A stretch of DNA of 64,000 nt from Tubulanus polymorphus (GCF_964204645.1 NC_134032.1:7552275-7616274); one strand, 5' to 3'; shown: positions 35,950 to 47,931, counted from the first letter of the stretch. A program made the numbers and translations. Notes: generated from the letters alone by a model not told the origin.

Positions 35950-36305
35950 TTCGGTCGTTTCTATTCAGAATGAATATATAATTAGGATTAGCGCATGCGC
36001 ATTAAGCAAAAGCGCGCACGAATGCGCGGTTTGCTCAGTGGTATGATTTAGATATTTCATGTCGGTTGTTTCTATTTACATAATGAATATATAATTATGA
36101 TTAACGCATGCGCATTAAGCAAAAGCGCGCATGAATGCGCGGTTTGCCTAATGCGAACACGTTTAGATATTTCATGTCGGTTGTTTCTATTTACATAATT
36201 ATATATTCAATATTATATATTGTAAATATAATTATGATTAACGCATGCGCATTGATCAAAAGCGCGCACGAATGCGCGGTTTGCTCAGTGGTATGATTTA
36301 GATAT
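35950..36305 (+). repeat. Three ~110-125-bp tandem repeats with a GC-rich core
   Basis: CGCATGCGCATT...AAAAGCGCGCAYGAATGCGCGGTTTGC at about 35992, 36106 and 36242. Confidence 0.85.
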
Positions 36306-36422
36306 CAAGGAATCGAAACAACTTATCAAAAGCAGCGAGGAATGAAAAAGGATGACGTTGGTCGAAGAAATGGAAGAGGATTCTAAAATATTAACCAATT
36401 TAGTAAAAAATACATATAATAA

Positions 36423-37101
36423 ATGGAACCAGAACAACCAGAAATTATCAATATTACAAATAACACTGCTGGTGTTATAAATATATATTACAAGAAGTGT
36501 TCTAAGTGTGAATTAGATAAATCATTAACAGAATTTAGTAAGCGTAAGATTAGCAAAGATGGTTTTCAATATTGCTGTAAAACTTGCACTAAACTATATA
36601 CTAAAAAATATCGAGAAGATAATATAGAACATTATAATTATTATATGGCAGAATATATGAGAGAAAGATATCAAACAGATCTTAATTTTAGATTGAAACC
36701 AATGCTTAAGATCTAGATTAACACAATTATTCAACAAAGAAACACATTCAGAAACATTATCTAATTTATTGGGTTGTTCAGATGAATTTCTCAAATCATG
36801 GATTATATTTCAATTCGATGATAAAATGAATATAGATAATTATGGGGATTATTACCATATTGATCACGTGTTACCAATATCTAAATTTAACATGAATGAT
36901 GAATACAATAAAAAACTTATTTGGAATTGGAAGAATTTAAGACCTTTAGAAAAGAAGGAAAACATAATTAAATCTAATAAACTAGATTTACAGTTATATT
37001 TAGAACAGTTAACAAAGGCAAAGAAATTTATTGATCAATGGAACAATGATCCAAATAATGAACAATACGTTGAGGAATTTGATATCAAGGATCCGAAATG
37101 A
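36423..37101 (+). pseudogene. Zinc-finger + HNH endonuclease of giant-virus type (frameshifted)
   Basis: KKCSKC...F.K....KDG....CKTC; LGCS.EFL...F...M...NYG..YHIDHVLP...F...WKNLRPL...EN..KSNK. Confidence 0.75.
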
Positions 37102-37404
37102 CTTATCTGGACAGTTATAACTACTGCTCCTAATAGATAAACAAAAGTAGTGAGATATCAAATAGATTTTAAATAAAAAGTATTTAAAAAACAATAACTT
37201 CAACTAGCTTGTGAGTTCTATTATATTTTTAATATTTTCTTTTCAAAAAAGAATACTTTATATCACAAATAAAAAATACTAAAAAAACAATAACTAATAC
37301 TAAAATTCTTTACCTTTAACTAAGCTAGTATTAATGTAAAGAGATACTGGTATCATTTGAAGAATACTTATAATATTTTTTTTTGCTTTTTTCCTCTAAT
37401 ATAA

Positions 37405-38006
37405 ATGTCAAAGAAATCTAATAAGAATAGTATTGATATTGAAAAGACATTAGATGATTTGGGTATAAGTGATAATAAAGATACAGTTGTAACTAATTGT
37501 GCTCAAGTTAATTGTAATATTGATTATGAATACTATTTATATTTTAAGCATCATCTAGAACTATTGATTGCCGGTGGAAAAACTAAAGAGTTTTTAACTA
37601 AGACTATTACTTTTCAAGAATTAGATGTTATGAAACCAGATAAAGTAATAAAATATTATTATATAAGATTTATGAAGAGGCAAGATTATCCCGAATAAAT
37701 GATTCTATTTCAGATGGTATTGTCAAATGTTATTCTAAGTTATGTAACCAGTTAATACCAATTGATGATGAAAATAAATTATATAGTGATTTGAAAAATG
37801 ACTACTTAGTTATGACTGAATTACAAAAATGGGTTGGTTATGCTTCATTTCAATTAGGATCGGTTATGACATTAATTTCTACTGGCGTCATAACATTTTC
37901 GAACATCAAACCTATGGAATATAAATCAGGTAAGAACGAAACAGATGTACTACAACCAAACGTCGAAACAGAAAATGAATCAGAACAAAAATTAAAACTA
38001 AAATAA
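37405..38006 (+). pseudogene. Unknown ~200-aa element protein (frameshifted)
   Basis: TAAATG start, two ORF pieces, hydrophobic C-terminal segment, stop abuts the next gene. Confidence 0.6.
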
Positions 38007-38366
38007 ATGATCGATGGAGTTAAGAAAAAGGCTAGATCCGAGAAACAAATTAAATGGGCAAGAGAATTAGGTGAAAGATCTTCAGAATTAAAAAAAGCTA
38101 AGAAAAAGAAATTAACTGACATAAATGAATTATCTGATATTGATTCAAATAATAATCCATCTGATTCTTCTAATGCTGGAAGTAATTATAAATTATATAT
38201 TACAATTGGATTAGTAACAGTTATTATATTATCCGGTGTAATATATAAATCTAAATTCAAATCTGATGATAAAGATGATTCCAATGACAATAAACCTATC
38301 ATACCAGAAAATAAGTCAAATCATAAAGTCATTGAAACTAAATCTAAATTATTATTAATGGATTAA
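38007..38366 (+). CDS. 119-aa basic single-TM protein
   Basis: TAAATG start; homolog remnant at 24260-24590. Confidence 0.75.
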   Translation: MIDGVKKKARSEKQIKWARELGERSSELKKAKKKKLTDINELSDIDSNNNPSDSSNAGSNYKLYITIGLVTVIILSGVIYKSKFKSDDKDDSNDNKPIIPENKSNHKVIETKSKLLLMD

Positions 38367-38372
38367 AATAAG

Positions 38373-39459
38373 ATGAAAAAAGAACAATATTTAAGAGATT
38401 TATATTATAACCCAGAGAGTGAAGTATCATATTCTAACGTTTCAGAATTATGGAATAAAATTAAATCTGATAATGGTAATATAAAATATGGTGAATTAAA
38501 ATCATGGTTACAAAATCAACCAACATATCAAATCCACAAGAAAATGGATAAAACTTATTTAACAAGAAAAGTTATGGTTTCATATATCGATCAACAATGG
38601 CAAGCAGATTTAATTGACATGAAGAACTTAGAAGAACACAACAAAAGGATATTTCTGGATATTAAATGTTATAGACATATTCAGTAGATACGCATGGTCA
38701 ATTCCAATCAAAAATAAAACTGGAATAGAAGTAAAAAATGCTTTTAAATCTATATTTAAAGAAGCTATTCCAGATAAGATACAATTTGATGAAGGTAAGG
38801 AATTTTATAACAAACATTAAAAAAAACTATTATCTGATAACGATGTAGAATATTTTTCAACACACTCAGATAAAAAAGCATCTATTATAGAAAGATTTAA
38901 TAAAACATTGAAAACTAGAATGTGGAAATACTTTACTGCTAATGAAACATATAAATATATCGATGTGTTAGATGATTTAGTGAAAGGTTATAATAATTCT
39001 AAACATAGTTCTATAAATATGAAACCTATACAAGCTAGAAAAGAAGATAATTCGGAAATAGTTTGGAATAATTTATATGGAGCGTTTGTTACACACGATT
39101 TCGGTGAACCTAAATTTAAAATAGGACAACACGTAAGAATATCTAAATATCGAAAAACCTTTTATAAAGGTTATACCCCAAATTTTACAGAAGAAATATT
39201 TAAGATTAAAAAGATAATATTAACTAAACCGTTTGTTTATAAATTAGAAGATCTAAAAGATGAAGAAATATTAGGTTATTTCTATGAACAAGAATTATCA
39301 CTTGTACCAAATCCAGATGAAATAGAATACAAAATAGAAAAAGTATTGAAAACAAAAACTCTTAAAGGAAAAAAGTATTCTTTGGTGAAATATAAAGGAT
39401 ACGATGATAAATTTAATGAATGGATTTTATCTAGTAAAATTAAAAGAATAAATGAATAA
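38373..39459 (+). pseudogene. RVE integrase with chromodomain, element B (disrupted)
   Basis: WQADLID, IQFDEGKEF, IERFNKT, YKIEKVLK...LVKYKGYDDKFNEWI. Confidence 0.92.
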
Positions 39460-40080
39460 AGATTTATTTATATTTGAACCGCATAATATGTTAGTTACTG
39501 GTGTAACCAATTGTGGTAAAACACATTTCATATTAGATTTGTTAGAAACTATTTATAAGAATCATTTTGATAATATAATATTATTTTGTCCTACTTATGA
39601 AATGAATAAAACATATAATAGAGATATAGTAAAGATGAAAAAGTTTATTATATTAGATCCTAAAACAGTAAAAGAAAATTTAGATAATTGTATAAAAATA
39701 GCAATTGATACTTATAAAGGATCAAATACATTATTCATTATAGATGATTGCGCAAATTTACATGATTCAAAAGTTAAAAGTTAAAAGTTAAAAGAGAAAG
39801 TGAGTTATGTTATCTAGCTTTCTCTGGAAGACATTTTGGGATAACAACATGGGTTTTAAATCAAAAATATAATTCAATTGTTAAAGACTTTAGGGAGAAT
39901 ATAAGATTTCTAGTTTTATTTTATAACAAAGATAGAAAATCTATGCAACAATCATTGGAAGAAAATCAAATTATACCTACTGAATTACATGATGAATATA
40001 TGAATAAATTAAAGAATAATAAAGGTTCAAAATTATTACTGAGACTACAATTTCCATATGAATATAAATTTATAAAATAA
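39452..40080 (+). pseudogene. Packaging ATPase, element B (disrupted by AAAAGTT tandem duplication)
   Basis: GVTNCGKT, FIIDD, GRHFGITT; repeat expansion at about 39768-39795. Confidence 0.9.
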
Positions 40081-40426
40081 CTATTTATATATCTATGTAT
40101 TAGATACCCTATTAGATACCTTAAATACTTAAAACCCCCTTTTTTAAAATAAATATTATTTATACAATTTTCAACCAATTTATTTTTATTTTTTCAACTA
40201 ATATATGAATAAATAATAAAGGTTATTTATTATTACTGAGGTTTCAACATAAATTTAAAAAAGAAATATAATTTAAGGTATTTTCAAATAATATGTATTA
40301 GATATGTATTAGATATGTTTTAGATACCTTAAATACCTTAAATACTTAAAACCCCCTTTTTTATTTGCTATTATTTTATACAATTTTCAACTAATATTAT
40401 TATTTGAGTTAAATATAATTAATATC

Positions 40427-41233
40427 TTAATCACTTCCACTATCACTCTCCAATTCACTATCAGGCCCTAACAATTTATTCAAATGCTCTACCGAATCTA
40501 CATCAATAGTTGTTTTATTTTTATACTTATTCTTCACCCTTTTAACCGCATCATCAATAGTTGTTTCATTGTTATGCTTATTCATCCAATCAAATTTATC
40601 ATTATTTTCTACTTTATGTTTCATAGAATCTTTATTAGTGTTTGCTCCTAATATTTCATTTGCAGTGTTTGATCCTAATATTTCATTAGCATCAGTTAAA
40701 TCTAATTCATCTTTATTAGGTGTTGCTAATAAAGAATCTTCATATAATTCTTTACCATTTACTTTTTTATTTGAAACAAATTTTGTAACATATCTAAATG
40801 GGTGTTCTATAAATTCTCTTAAACCAACACGTTCTATAACATTAGTAATATGTACCTTTGTATTCATATGTTTATTCCAATTTGATGGAGCGTTTGAAAA
40901 TTCACCTTTACAATAATCACAATAATTTCTATTTTCACTAACGTTTAATATTATTTCATTATTAGATGTAGTAGGTATTACATTATTAGATGTAGTAGGT
41001 ATTACTGTAGTAGGTAATCCTGTAGTAGGTATTACATTATTATCAATTACATTACTTAAATTATCAACAACACCACTTTTATTATTATCGATTTCTATTA
41101 GTTTAGTTTTATAAATTTTGAAAATAGGATCAAATATCAAAGCTATATTACAAGGTATTACATAATATAAACCATCATTATTTTCATGTGTATCGATGTA
41201 TGGAATATGTTTATATACTTTACCACCTTCCAT
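40427..41233 (-). CDS. 268-aa protein with PTT repeats and one zinc finger
   Basis: TAAATG start; VIPTT repeats; YCDYC...KHMNTKVH; no counterpart seen in element A. Confidence 0.75.
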   Translation of the reverse strand: MEGGKVYKHIPYIDTHENNDGLYYVIPCNIALIFDPIFKIYKTKLIEIDNNKSGVVDNLSNVIDNNVIPTTGLPTTVIPTTSNNVIPTTSNNEIILNVSENRNYCDYCKGEFSNAPSNWNKHMNTKVHITNVIERVGLREFIEHPFRYVTKFVSNKKVNGKELYEDSLLATPNKDELDLTDANEILGSNTANEILGANTNKDSMKHKVENNDKFDWMNKHNNETTIDDAVKRVKNKYKNKTTIDVDSVEHLNKLLGPDSELESDSGSD

Positions 41234-41265
41234 TTATTATATAAATATTTATTAAAGTTAAAATT

Positions 41266-42385
41266 TTAATACATAACACTATCTAATTGTGAATTTACAA
41301 TATTTAATTGCGCGTCAGATATAATATAAATGTGCATTTTAAAATTTTTGATTCCTTTATTCTTTGTCATGAATAATTGTATTCCATCTTTAGTGTTTTG
41401 TAGTTTTTTTTCCAGAACCATTTCTGGCCATTGATCAATCATTCTCATTCCTTGACAAAATATTTTATTTGCTATTCCTTCGATAGTTATTACTACTTTT
41501 GTTATTTCAGGATTATAATAATTATCAACATTTATTGCGCCATTAGTATATGTTGCAATGGTAAAAAATATTAATATACCTTTAATAGATCTTCTTGGGA
41601 AGTTGATATTCTCATTAATTATTTCATCATTTGCATTAATAGTTACGGTTTTAAATTTATCAATATAATCATATAATAATGAAAATCCTTGATTGTATTG
41701 AGTTTGAATTATACTTGAAATATTTTCATCAGTTACTGTGTCATATTCTAAACTTATATTCGATAATTTATAACTCATATCTTTAACAACGCTAGATAAT
41801 ACAATTTCATTTACAGGAGCAAATGTTATCCCGAATATAATATCTTCTTGAATTGCGTATTTATATAAAGGTGCATTATTATTTATCAATTCAAAGTCTA
41901 ATGGAATTTTATATTTGCTTCCATAAAATCTTTTTTATCAAATTATCTGCGGTACGAGTTACTATTGCGTCATTAGCTCCTGATCTTAATTTATTATGGT
42001 TTTCCGATTGAATGCCCTGAAATATCATATTATTTCTATTTTCTTTAGTTAACCATAAATCTTTATAATGCATGAATAAATTATAATCATCTAATGAGAA
42101 AACTGTTTCTGGACCAATCTTTATTGTTAACTTTTTAATCAAATATCTTCCAACATTATCAACAACATATTTATTATTATTACCGATTACTTTTATATCA
42201 GCTGATAAATAAATACTATTTGGAACGTTAAAAGTATTTTGTGTTAATCGATGGATTCTAACATATAAAGTTTCATCAGGATTAATATTAGAAGGGCTAT
42301 TAGTAATTATATGATGAGATCTTTCTGCTTTAATAGCATTAGATATTCTATGATTCTTAGAAGGATTGATATAACTCCCACTCAT
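41266..42385 (-). pseudogene. Major capsid protein, element B (frameshift and internal deletion)
   Basis: Highly similar to 20283-22539; lacks the segment between DQWPE and KKLQNTKDG. Confidence 0.75.
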
Positions 42386-42419
42386 TTATTTAACAAAAAA
42401 ATTAATTATCTATTTTTGA

Positions 42420-43895
42420 TCATGTTTTCTTGATATTTTTTGATATCATATTTACTAACCCAAAAATAATAGCACTTACAACTGTAATTAAAAATAAAAT
42501 AATATGTTCAGCAGCAAAGTTAATAATGTTTCCTGCAGATTTCAATATAAAACCAACAATTGATGCAATAATTCCTGGCAATGCTGCAGCAGATTTTTTA
42601 GATAGTTCCCATAAATATTTTGCTAATTTCTTTAAACCATCCTTAACTTTATCTTGTATAGAATTATTATCTGGGGGTTTATCTGGTTTATTGGGAGTAG
42701 GAGTAGATTTTAAAGAATTTGATATTGCTAAACCAATTGTTGTAAATAACATAGTTACAGCTGTTAGAATTGAAAGAATTGTTATTCCTTCAAACTTTAA
42801 TAATAATTTTATTCTATCTTTCAATGATATTTTAGAATCTGGTTTTATTAGATATCTTTTAAAAACATCTTTTAATCTATTAATATTATAATCATATGAT
42901 TTTAATAATAATTTAATTTCTTCTTTTTGTAATTCTATGTTATATTCTAAATCATCTTTTTCTTTTTCTAAACGTAATTCTTTTTGCCTATATTCTATTT
43001 CATCAATTACTTGATGATCTAAATCAGACTTTAATTGTTCTATTTCTTTATTTTTATCAGTTAATTCTTTTTCCAAATACATGATTTTTTGATCTCTTAT
43101 ACTTTTATTATGTGCAATTTTATCAGATGCAAGTCTTATACTAATAGTTTCTCTAATTGCTTTATCAGAAAATATATCTAAATCTTCTAATTCTTGATCT
43201 GTTGCATCAAGTAATCCATTCGGTAAAAGTTTTTCAATTGGAACTTTATTTGATTTAAGTTTACTAGTTTTGGAAGTTTTATTCTGTTCAGAAGTTGTTT
43301 CTGTTTCTAAATTATTATCGATTGTTTCAAATAATTTATTGATTCTTTGTTTAAATACTCTTTCATTTTGATTTATTTCTTCTTGTGTTACATCTTCTGG
43401 TTCATTACCATTTCTTATTCTCTTAATTCTATCTGGTTTTAAATTAAGCAAAGTTGATTCTGCTAATATTTTGTTTTGTTTTTTATAAGAGATATCAATA
43501 TAATAATCATCTTTCAAACGATAATAATATTCACCATCTAAAAACTTTAATTCTTGTACTAAAAGTCTAGCGCCTCTATCATTTATATTATATCCAGATT
43601 CTTTAAATACATGTTGAAATTCATACATAAATTCATAATTTTCTAAATTTTTTCTTTCTAAACCTGGGTCTAAATTTTCAGTAGGTATTCTCAATCTAAT
43701 TCTTCTATCATTTTCTTCTGTTGATGGGACTTTAGAACCACTATCTGCTAAATTAGAATTATATGCTGATTCATCATCATTATCAATATTAGTTTCATTA
43801 AGATTAGCACCTGCATCATTATAATCATCATCAATATATCCTTCATCATTATTTCCCATGCCATCCAATGGATTATCTTCTACACCTTCTGCCAT
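42420..43895 (-). CDS. 491-aa coiled-coil protein with C-terminal hydrophobic helices
   Basis: Intact ORF; GITILSILTAV...ALPGIIASIVGFIL...FAAEHIILFLI. Confidence 0.85.
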   Translation of the reverse strand: MAEGVEDNPLDGMGNNDEGYIDDDYNDAGANLNETNIDNDDESAYNSNLADSGSKVPSTEENDRRIRLRIPTENLDPGLERKNLENYEFMYEFQHVFKESGYNINDRGARLLVQELKFLDGEYYYRLKDDYYIDISYKKQNKILAESTLLNLKPDRIKRIRNGNEPEDVTQEEINQNERVFKQRINKLFETIDNNLETETTSEQNKTSKTSKLKSNKVPIEKLLPNGLLDATDQELEDLDIFSDKAIRETISIRLASDKIAHNKSIRDQKIMYLEKELTDKNKEIEQLKSDLDHQVIDEIEYRQKELRLEKEKDDLEYNIELQKEEIKLLLKSYDYNINRLKDVFKRYLIKPDSKISLKDRIKLLLKFEGITILSILTAVTMLFTTIGLAISNSLKSTPTPNKPDKPPDNNSIQDKVKDGLKKLAKYLWELSKKSAAALPGIIASIVGFILKSAGNIINFAAEHIILFLITVVSAIIFGLVNMISKNIKKT

Positions 43896-43911
43896 TTACA
43901 TAATAAAAAAA

Positions 43912-45262
43912 TTAAAATTTAAAATATAATATTCCTCCGATTACAATTCCTATACAAGTTAAAGCTAATTTAGCATTTTCATGGGATTTATAATCATTAT
44001 CAGTTTTAATTATATCATGTTGAATAATATCAGTTTTTTATATTTTCTGATGTATTATAATCTTTTATTTTAGAATCATTATTTAATTTAATATTCTTAG
44101 TTTTAGTTTCTGTTGATTGAATGTCTTTTTTATTTTTTTCACCTTCCATTAATTTTGGAGCAGTTATAATCTTTTTATTTATATCATTTAATCCAAATGA
44201 ATTATTTATTGTCGCAGTTTTAATTAGATTATTATAACCAATTATGTTTCCCATCTTTAATACTAAATCATTAGAAATAATTAATAGATTAGGGCCTATA
44301 CAATAATTTAATCTAATATGTGATTTATCTAAATAATTTTGATATCTTATAATGTTTTCTGGAATCGATCTATTTTTATCATTATGTATGGAATCTTCAA
44401 ATAAAACTTTAAATTGTTTTTGTGTATCGAATGATGTATTTAAATTTCCAATTATTGGGGATCTTGTTTCAACTTGTGCACCTAAAATACATATCAAATA
44501 AGTTCTAATAGATTGATTTATTCTTTGTATACCTGATTTTGTAAAACCTTCATTATTTTCTAAAATGAAATAAACCCAACCATTCTTGTTTTAAATTATC
44601 ATAAAATGTCGGTAATTTATTGAAATTTAATGTTTCTAAATCCTTAGTTTCTATTTTACCATAACCTAATTTATTACTATAGATATTATACAAACTATTA
44701 GATGGTATGGGAAGTGCACAATATTCTGCAATCTTTTTAGGGCAACGAAGTGATCTTATTGTTCCAATTTTTGTTCTAAAATCAGAATTATTTTAAACTT
44801 TGATAAATTAATATTATTATCTAATTCTTTAAAATACCTAGATCCTGGTAAAGCGCACTCTAATTCATTTAATATTATTCTTATTTGAAAGTATGTATGA
44901 AATCTAAATAAACTTTGAATTAATTTATATTTAGAATTATTCAAATGATCATTCCAACTAATTCCACAACCTGTTGTTGCACAATAAACAGCAAAATTTA
45001 ATTGGTTCTGCCAATACTTCATATTAGATTTTAATAACCATTGTTTTTCATCTTTCACTTTTTTAAAATTAATCAAATATACATGAAATATATTTTCCAT
45101 CTTTGCATTAAAATTATTAGTTTCAGTAACATAAATTTCTAAATTAGTTAATGAATCTAAAACTTCATTTCTATATGTAATATCTTTATTAAAATCTATT
45201 GCTGGAATATTATATTTAATTGATTTATTATATTGGAAAGCTTTTGGAAAACTATCTACCAT
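43912..45262 (-). pseudogene. Conserved WQNQLNFA..CATTGCG protein, element B (small deletions)
   Basis: Near-identical to 17407-18795. Confidence 0.8.
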
Positions 45263-45278
45263 TTATATAATTAAAAAA

Positions 45279-45712
45279 TTAATAATTTATTAATTCTTTT
45301 AATAATTTATCTTGTTCTTCAACTGTTATATGACCATTTAAACTTATGATATAATCTAGTGTATTCTTTAATTTATTAATTTCTTTTATATTAGTTTTAA
45401 TTTTTTCTTTATTACTTTTTATATTTAATTTTGAACTTATACCGGTTAAAACACTTGATGATAATCCTAACACACCAATTGATATAGCTAAAGGTGTTAA
45501 TGGGCTGAATATTGCTAGAAATGTTAATACAGAACTAATTGTAACCGAACCACTTATAATCAAATAATATATAATTTTACTTTTTAAATATTTTTCTTTT
45601 TTATCTTTAAGTCACTTTCAAATTCTAATATTTGTCTTTCTAAATATATTTTTAATATAGTTTTATTTATATCATGAGGAATAGTATCAATATTATCAAC
45701 TTTATCATCCAT
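45279..45712 (-). pseudogene. Two-TM protein, element B
   Basis: Homolog of 16964-17390 with an internal stop. Confidence 0.75.
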
Positions 45713-45737
45713 TTATTTAACAAAAAATAATAAATAA

Positions 45738-46160
45738 TTAATTAGTAAACTTATAAGCAACAAATATAACAATAACAGTTCCGCCTAAAATCCAAATTAT
45801 TTCATATTTCTTCTGTTCATTACTTGGGGTATAATAATCTGATAATTTAGGTTTGTATAGATGTAATTTTTCTTTATTTGTTACTGCGTTATATAAACTC
45901 ATTGCATCTTCAACTGATTGAAAATCTCTATGTGAAATCTTCTGATCATATAATTCCTTGTTAATATAATCCATATAGTTTTGCCTCTTTTCTCTATATT
46001 CTTCTGCTGCTTTATTGTATTTCTCTAATGCTAAGTTATGTCTTCTTTGTTCTCCTAATGAACTATTTTTATCAATATGTTTAAATAAATAACCACCACC
46101 AGTAAATGCTAAAGCGTTAACAATTGCCGATCCTATAATAGTTATAATTGCAGAAGCCAT
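45738..46160 (-). CDS. 140-aa protein, element B
   Basis: Near-identical to 16522-16944. Confidence 0.85.
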   Translation of the reverse strand: MASAIITIIGSAIVNALAFTGGGYLFKHIDKNSSLGEQRRHNLALEKYNKAAEEYREKRQNYMDYINKELYDQKISHRDFQSVEDAMSLYNAVTNKEKLHLYKPKLSDYYTPSNEQKKYEIIWILGGTVIVIFVAYKFTN

Positions 46161-46185
46161 TTATTTAGCAAAAAAAATTATGCAT

Positions 46186-46407
46186 TTATATGGGAGGAAT
46201 ATATTTTTGTTTTTCCAAATAATCAATAGTTAAATTAGATAAAGTAACTGCTAACGTTAATTTTAAAATATCATTTATATCAAATCTATCAACATTAACA
46301 CTTCCCATTTTAAATACTTTTTTTAATACCATTGAATAACCAACAGTTCCAACTGATAGTAATGCGCAATTATATAATCCAGTTATTATCCACTTATTAT
46401 CACTCAT
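46186..46407 (-). CDS. 73-aa hydrophobic protein, element B
   Basis: Near-identical to 16283-16504. Confidence 0.8.
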   Translation of the reverse strand: MSDNKWIITGLYNCALLSVGTVGYSMVLKKVFKMGSVNVDRFDINDILKLTLAVTLSNLTIDYLEKQKYIPPI

Positions 46408-46763
46408 TTATTTATCAAAAAATTACTATCATCAAAATATTTAGTTATCTTATTTATGATTAATTCAACATTTATTTCATTACTAGTTTCATTTGTATAT
46501 ATTTCAATTATTATTTTTTTAATATCATCGATGATAAAATCTTCATCTAATTCATAAAATCTTAAAGATTCTCTAATTAAATTAGTAATCTTTTCTACAT
46601 TTAAAGTTTCTTTATCTATTGTTGTTTCATACTCAAATGTTGTTTCATTAGAAAATGCAATATTTTTGATATGTGTAATTACATCATTAATGTTAAATTT
46701 CATTTCTTTCTCACGTTTAAAATCAAACCCAAAACATATACTCGGTCCAACAGTTATATTCAT
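46404..46763 (-). CDS. 119-aa protein, element B
   Basis: Near-identical to 15923-16282. Confidence 0.8.
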   Translation of the reverse strand: MNITVGPSICFGFDFKREKEMKFNINDVITHIKNIAFSNETTFEYETTIDKETLNVEKITNLIRESLRFYELDEDFIIDDIKKIIIEIYTNETSNEINVELIINKITKYFDDSNFLINK

Positions 46764-46779
46764 TTATATAGGTGAAGAA

Positions 46780-47531
46780 TTACTCTTTACATCTTATAAC
46801 TAATTCATAAATTACAGGAAAGTTATTCAAATCAATTAAGTATCCATTATGATTTCTAATTTCTAATCTAAAATTATCAAAATGTGGAATACAAGGTTTG
46901 AAATCACATTCAGCTAAATTATAATTTATTTGCGTTACGAATTTTTTAACATTTTTTAATGGTAAAATATTTAATAAACCAGAATTACAAATTGTATCTT
47001 TAGTTGCTTCGAATGTTTTTGTAGGATCAATTAAATTACAATAAATATAGAAGTGCGTAAAAGGTATTATATTTGGCGTAGTATCAACATTTGAATAAAC
47101 TTTATTTGGATTAACTCCTAGCATTTTAGCTAATGGTTTTCTTACTATGAATTTATATTGTTCATTAGTTAACTTTATTCTTATTTTATTAGTACTATCA
47201 ATTTTATTAAATTTAATGTTAAACCCAACAGATTCACCCACTTTTAACCGAGCTCTTCTATTAATTTCTTGAGATAATGTTTCTAAATTATATAATCCTG
47301 GTCTTAGAAATAGATGATACCATTTATCCATATTTCTATCATGAATCATAAACAATCTATGATCAAAACTTTTATCCGATACATTATAAAAAGAATTACA
47401 TAAACTTATATTAACTAATTTTAAATCAACACAATTTTTGAATTCTCTATCTAATTGTACTAATAAATAATGTGATTTATAATTTGTAAGATTTCTAGAA
47501 TCTAGAATCTGTATTCTTTTAATTCTACCAT
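46780..47531 (-). pseudogene. Minor capsid (penton)-like protein, element B (frameshift near start)
   Basis: MVELKEYR..DSR...LKLVNISLCNSFYNV...PGLYNL..L...FYIYCNLI...LNILP, a pattern typical of single jelly-roll minor capsids. Confidence 0.65.
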
Positions 47532-47548
47532 TTATTTTACATATTTTC

Positions 47549-47902
47549 TTATTCGAAATCTATTTCATGGTGCCCCTTTTCATTCTTACCTTTGTATACG
47601 AAATAGAAATCTCCAGAACATAATTCTTCTAGATCTTCACTTGATAATCTAGGAAATCTATCCGGTAAATATGTTCTGAATTTATATGTATTTCCTTTTA
47701 ATCCTTCATATTCTAAGTGTATAACTAATTTATCTCCATAGTTATTAGTTACTGTAACAATATCTGTAATTAGATATTTCTTATGGATTGTTAATTCTGT
47801 TAACTTTTTGAATTTATAATCTACAGATTTTACATTTGTTATATCTTTAATTCTATCTAGAAATAATTTGTTGTTCTCACTGTGTGTTTGTTTACTCTCC
47901 AT
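47549..47902 (-). CDS. 117-aa protein downstream of PolB, possibly OB-fold / ssDNA-binding
   Basis: Intact ORF, FKKLTEL...Y.I......NYG...RTYLPDRF...FVYKG; homolog at 25511-25833. Function is inference. Confidence 0.65.
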   Translation of the reverse strand: MESKQTHSENNKLFLDRIKDITNVKSVDYKFKKLTELTIHKKYLITDIVTVTNNYGDKLVIHLEYEGLKGNTYKFRTYLPDRFPRLSSEDLEELCSGDFYFVYKGKNEKGHHEIDFE

Positions 47903-47931
47903 TTTAATAACATATTTTTATTAAAATTTGA

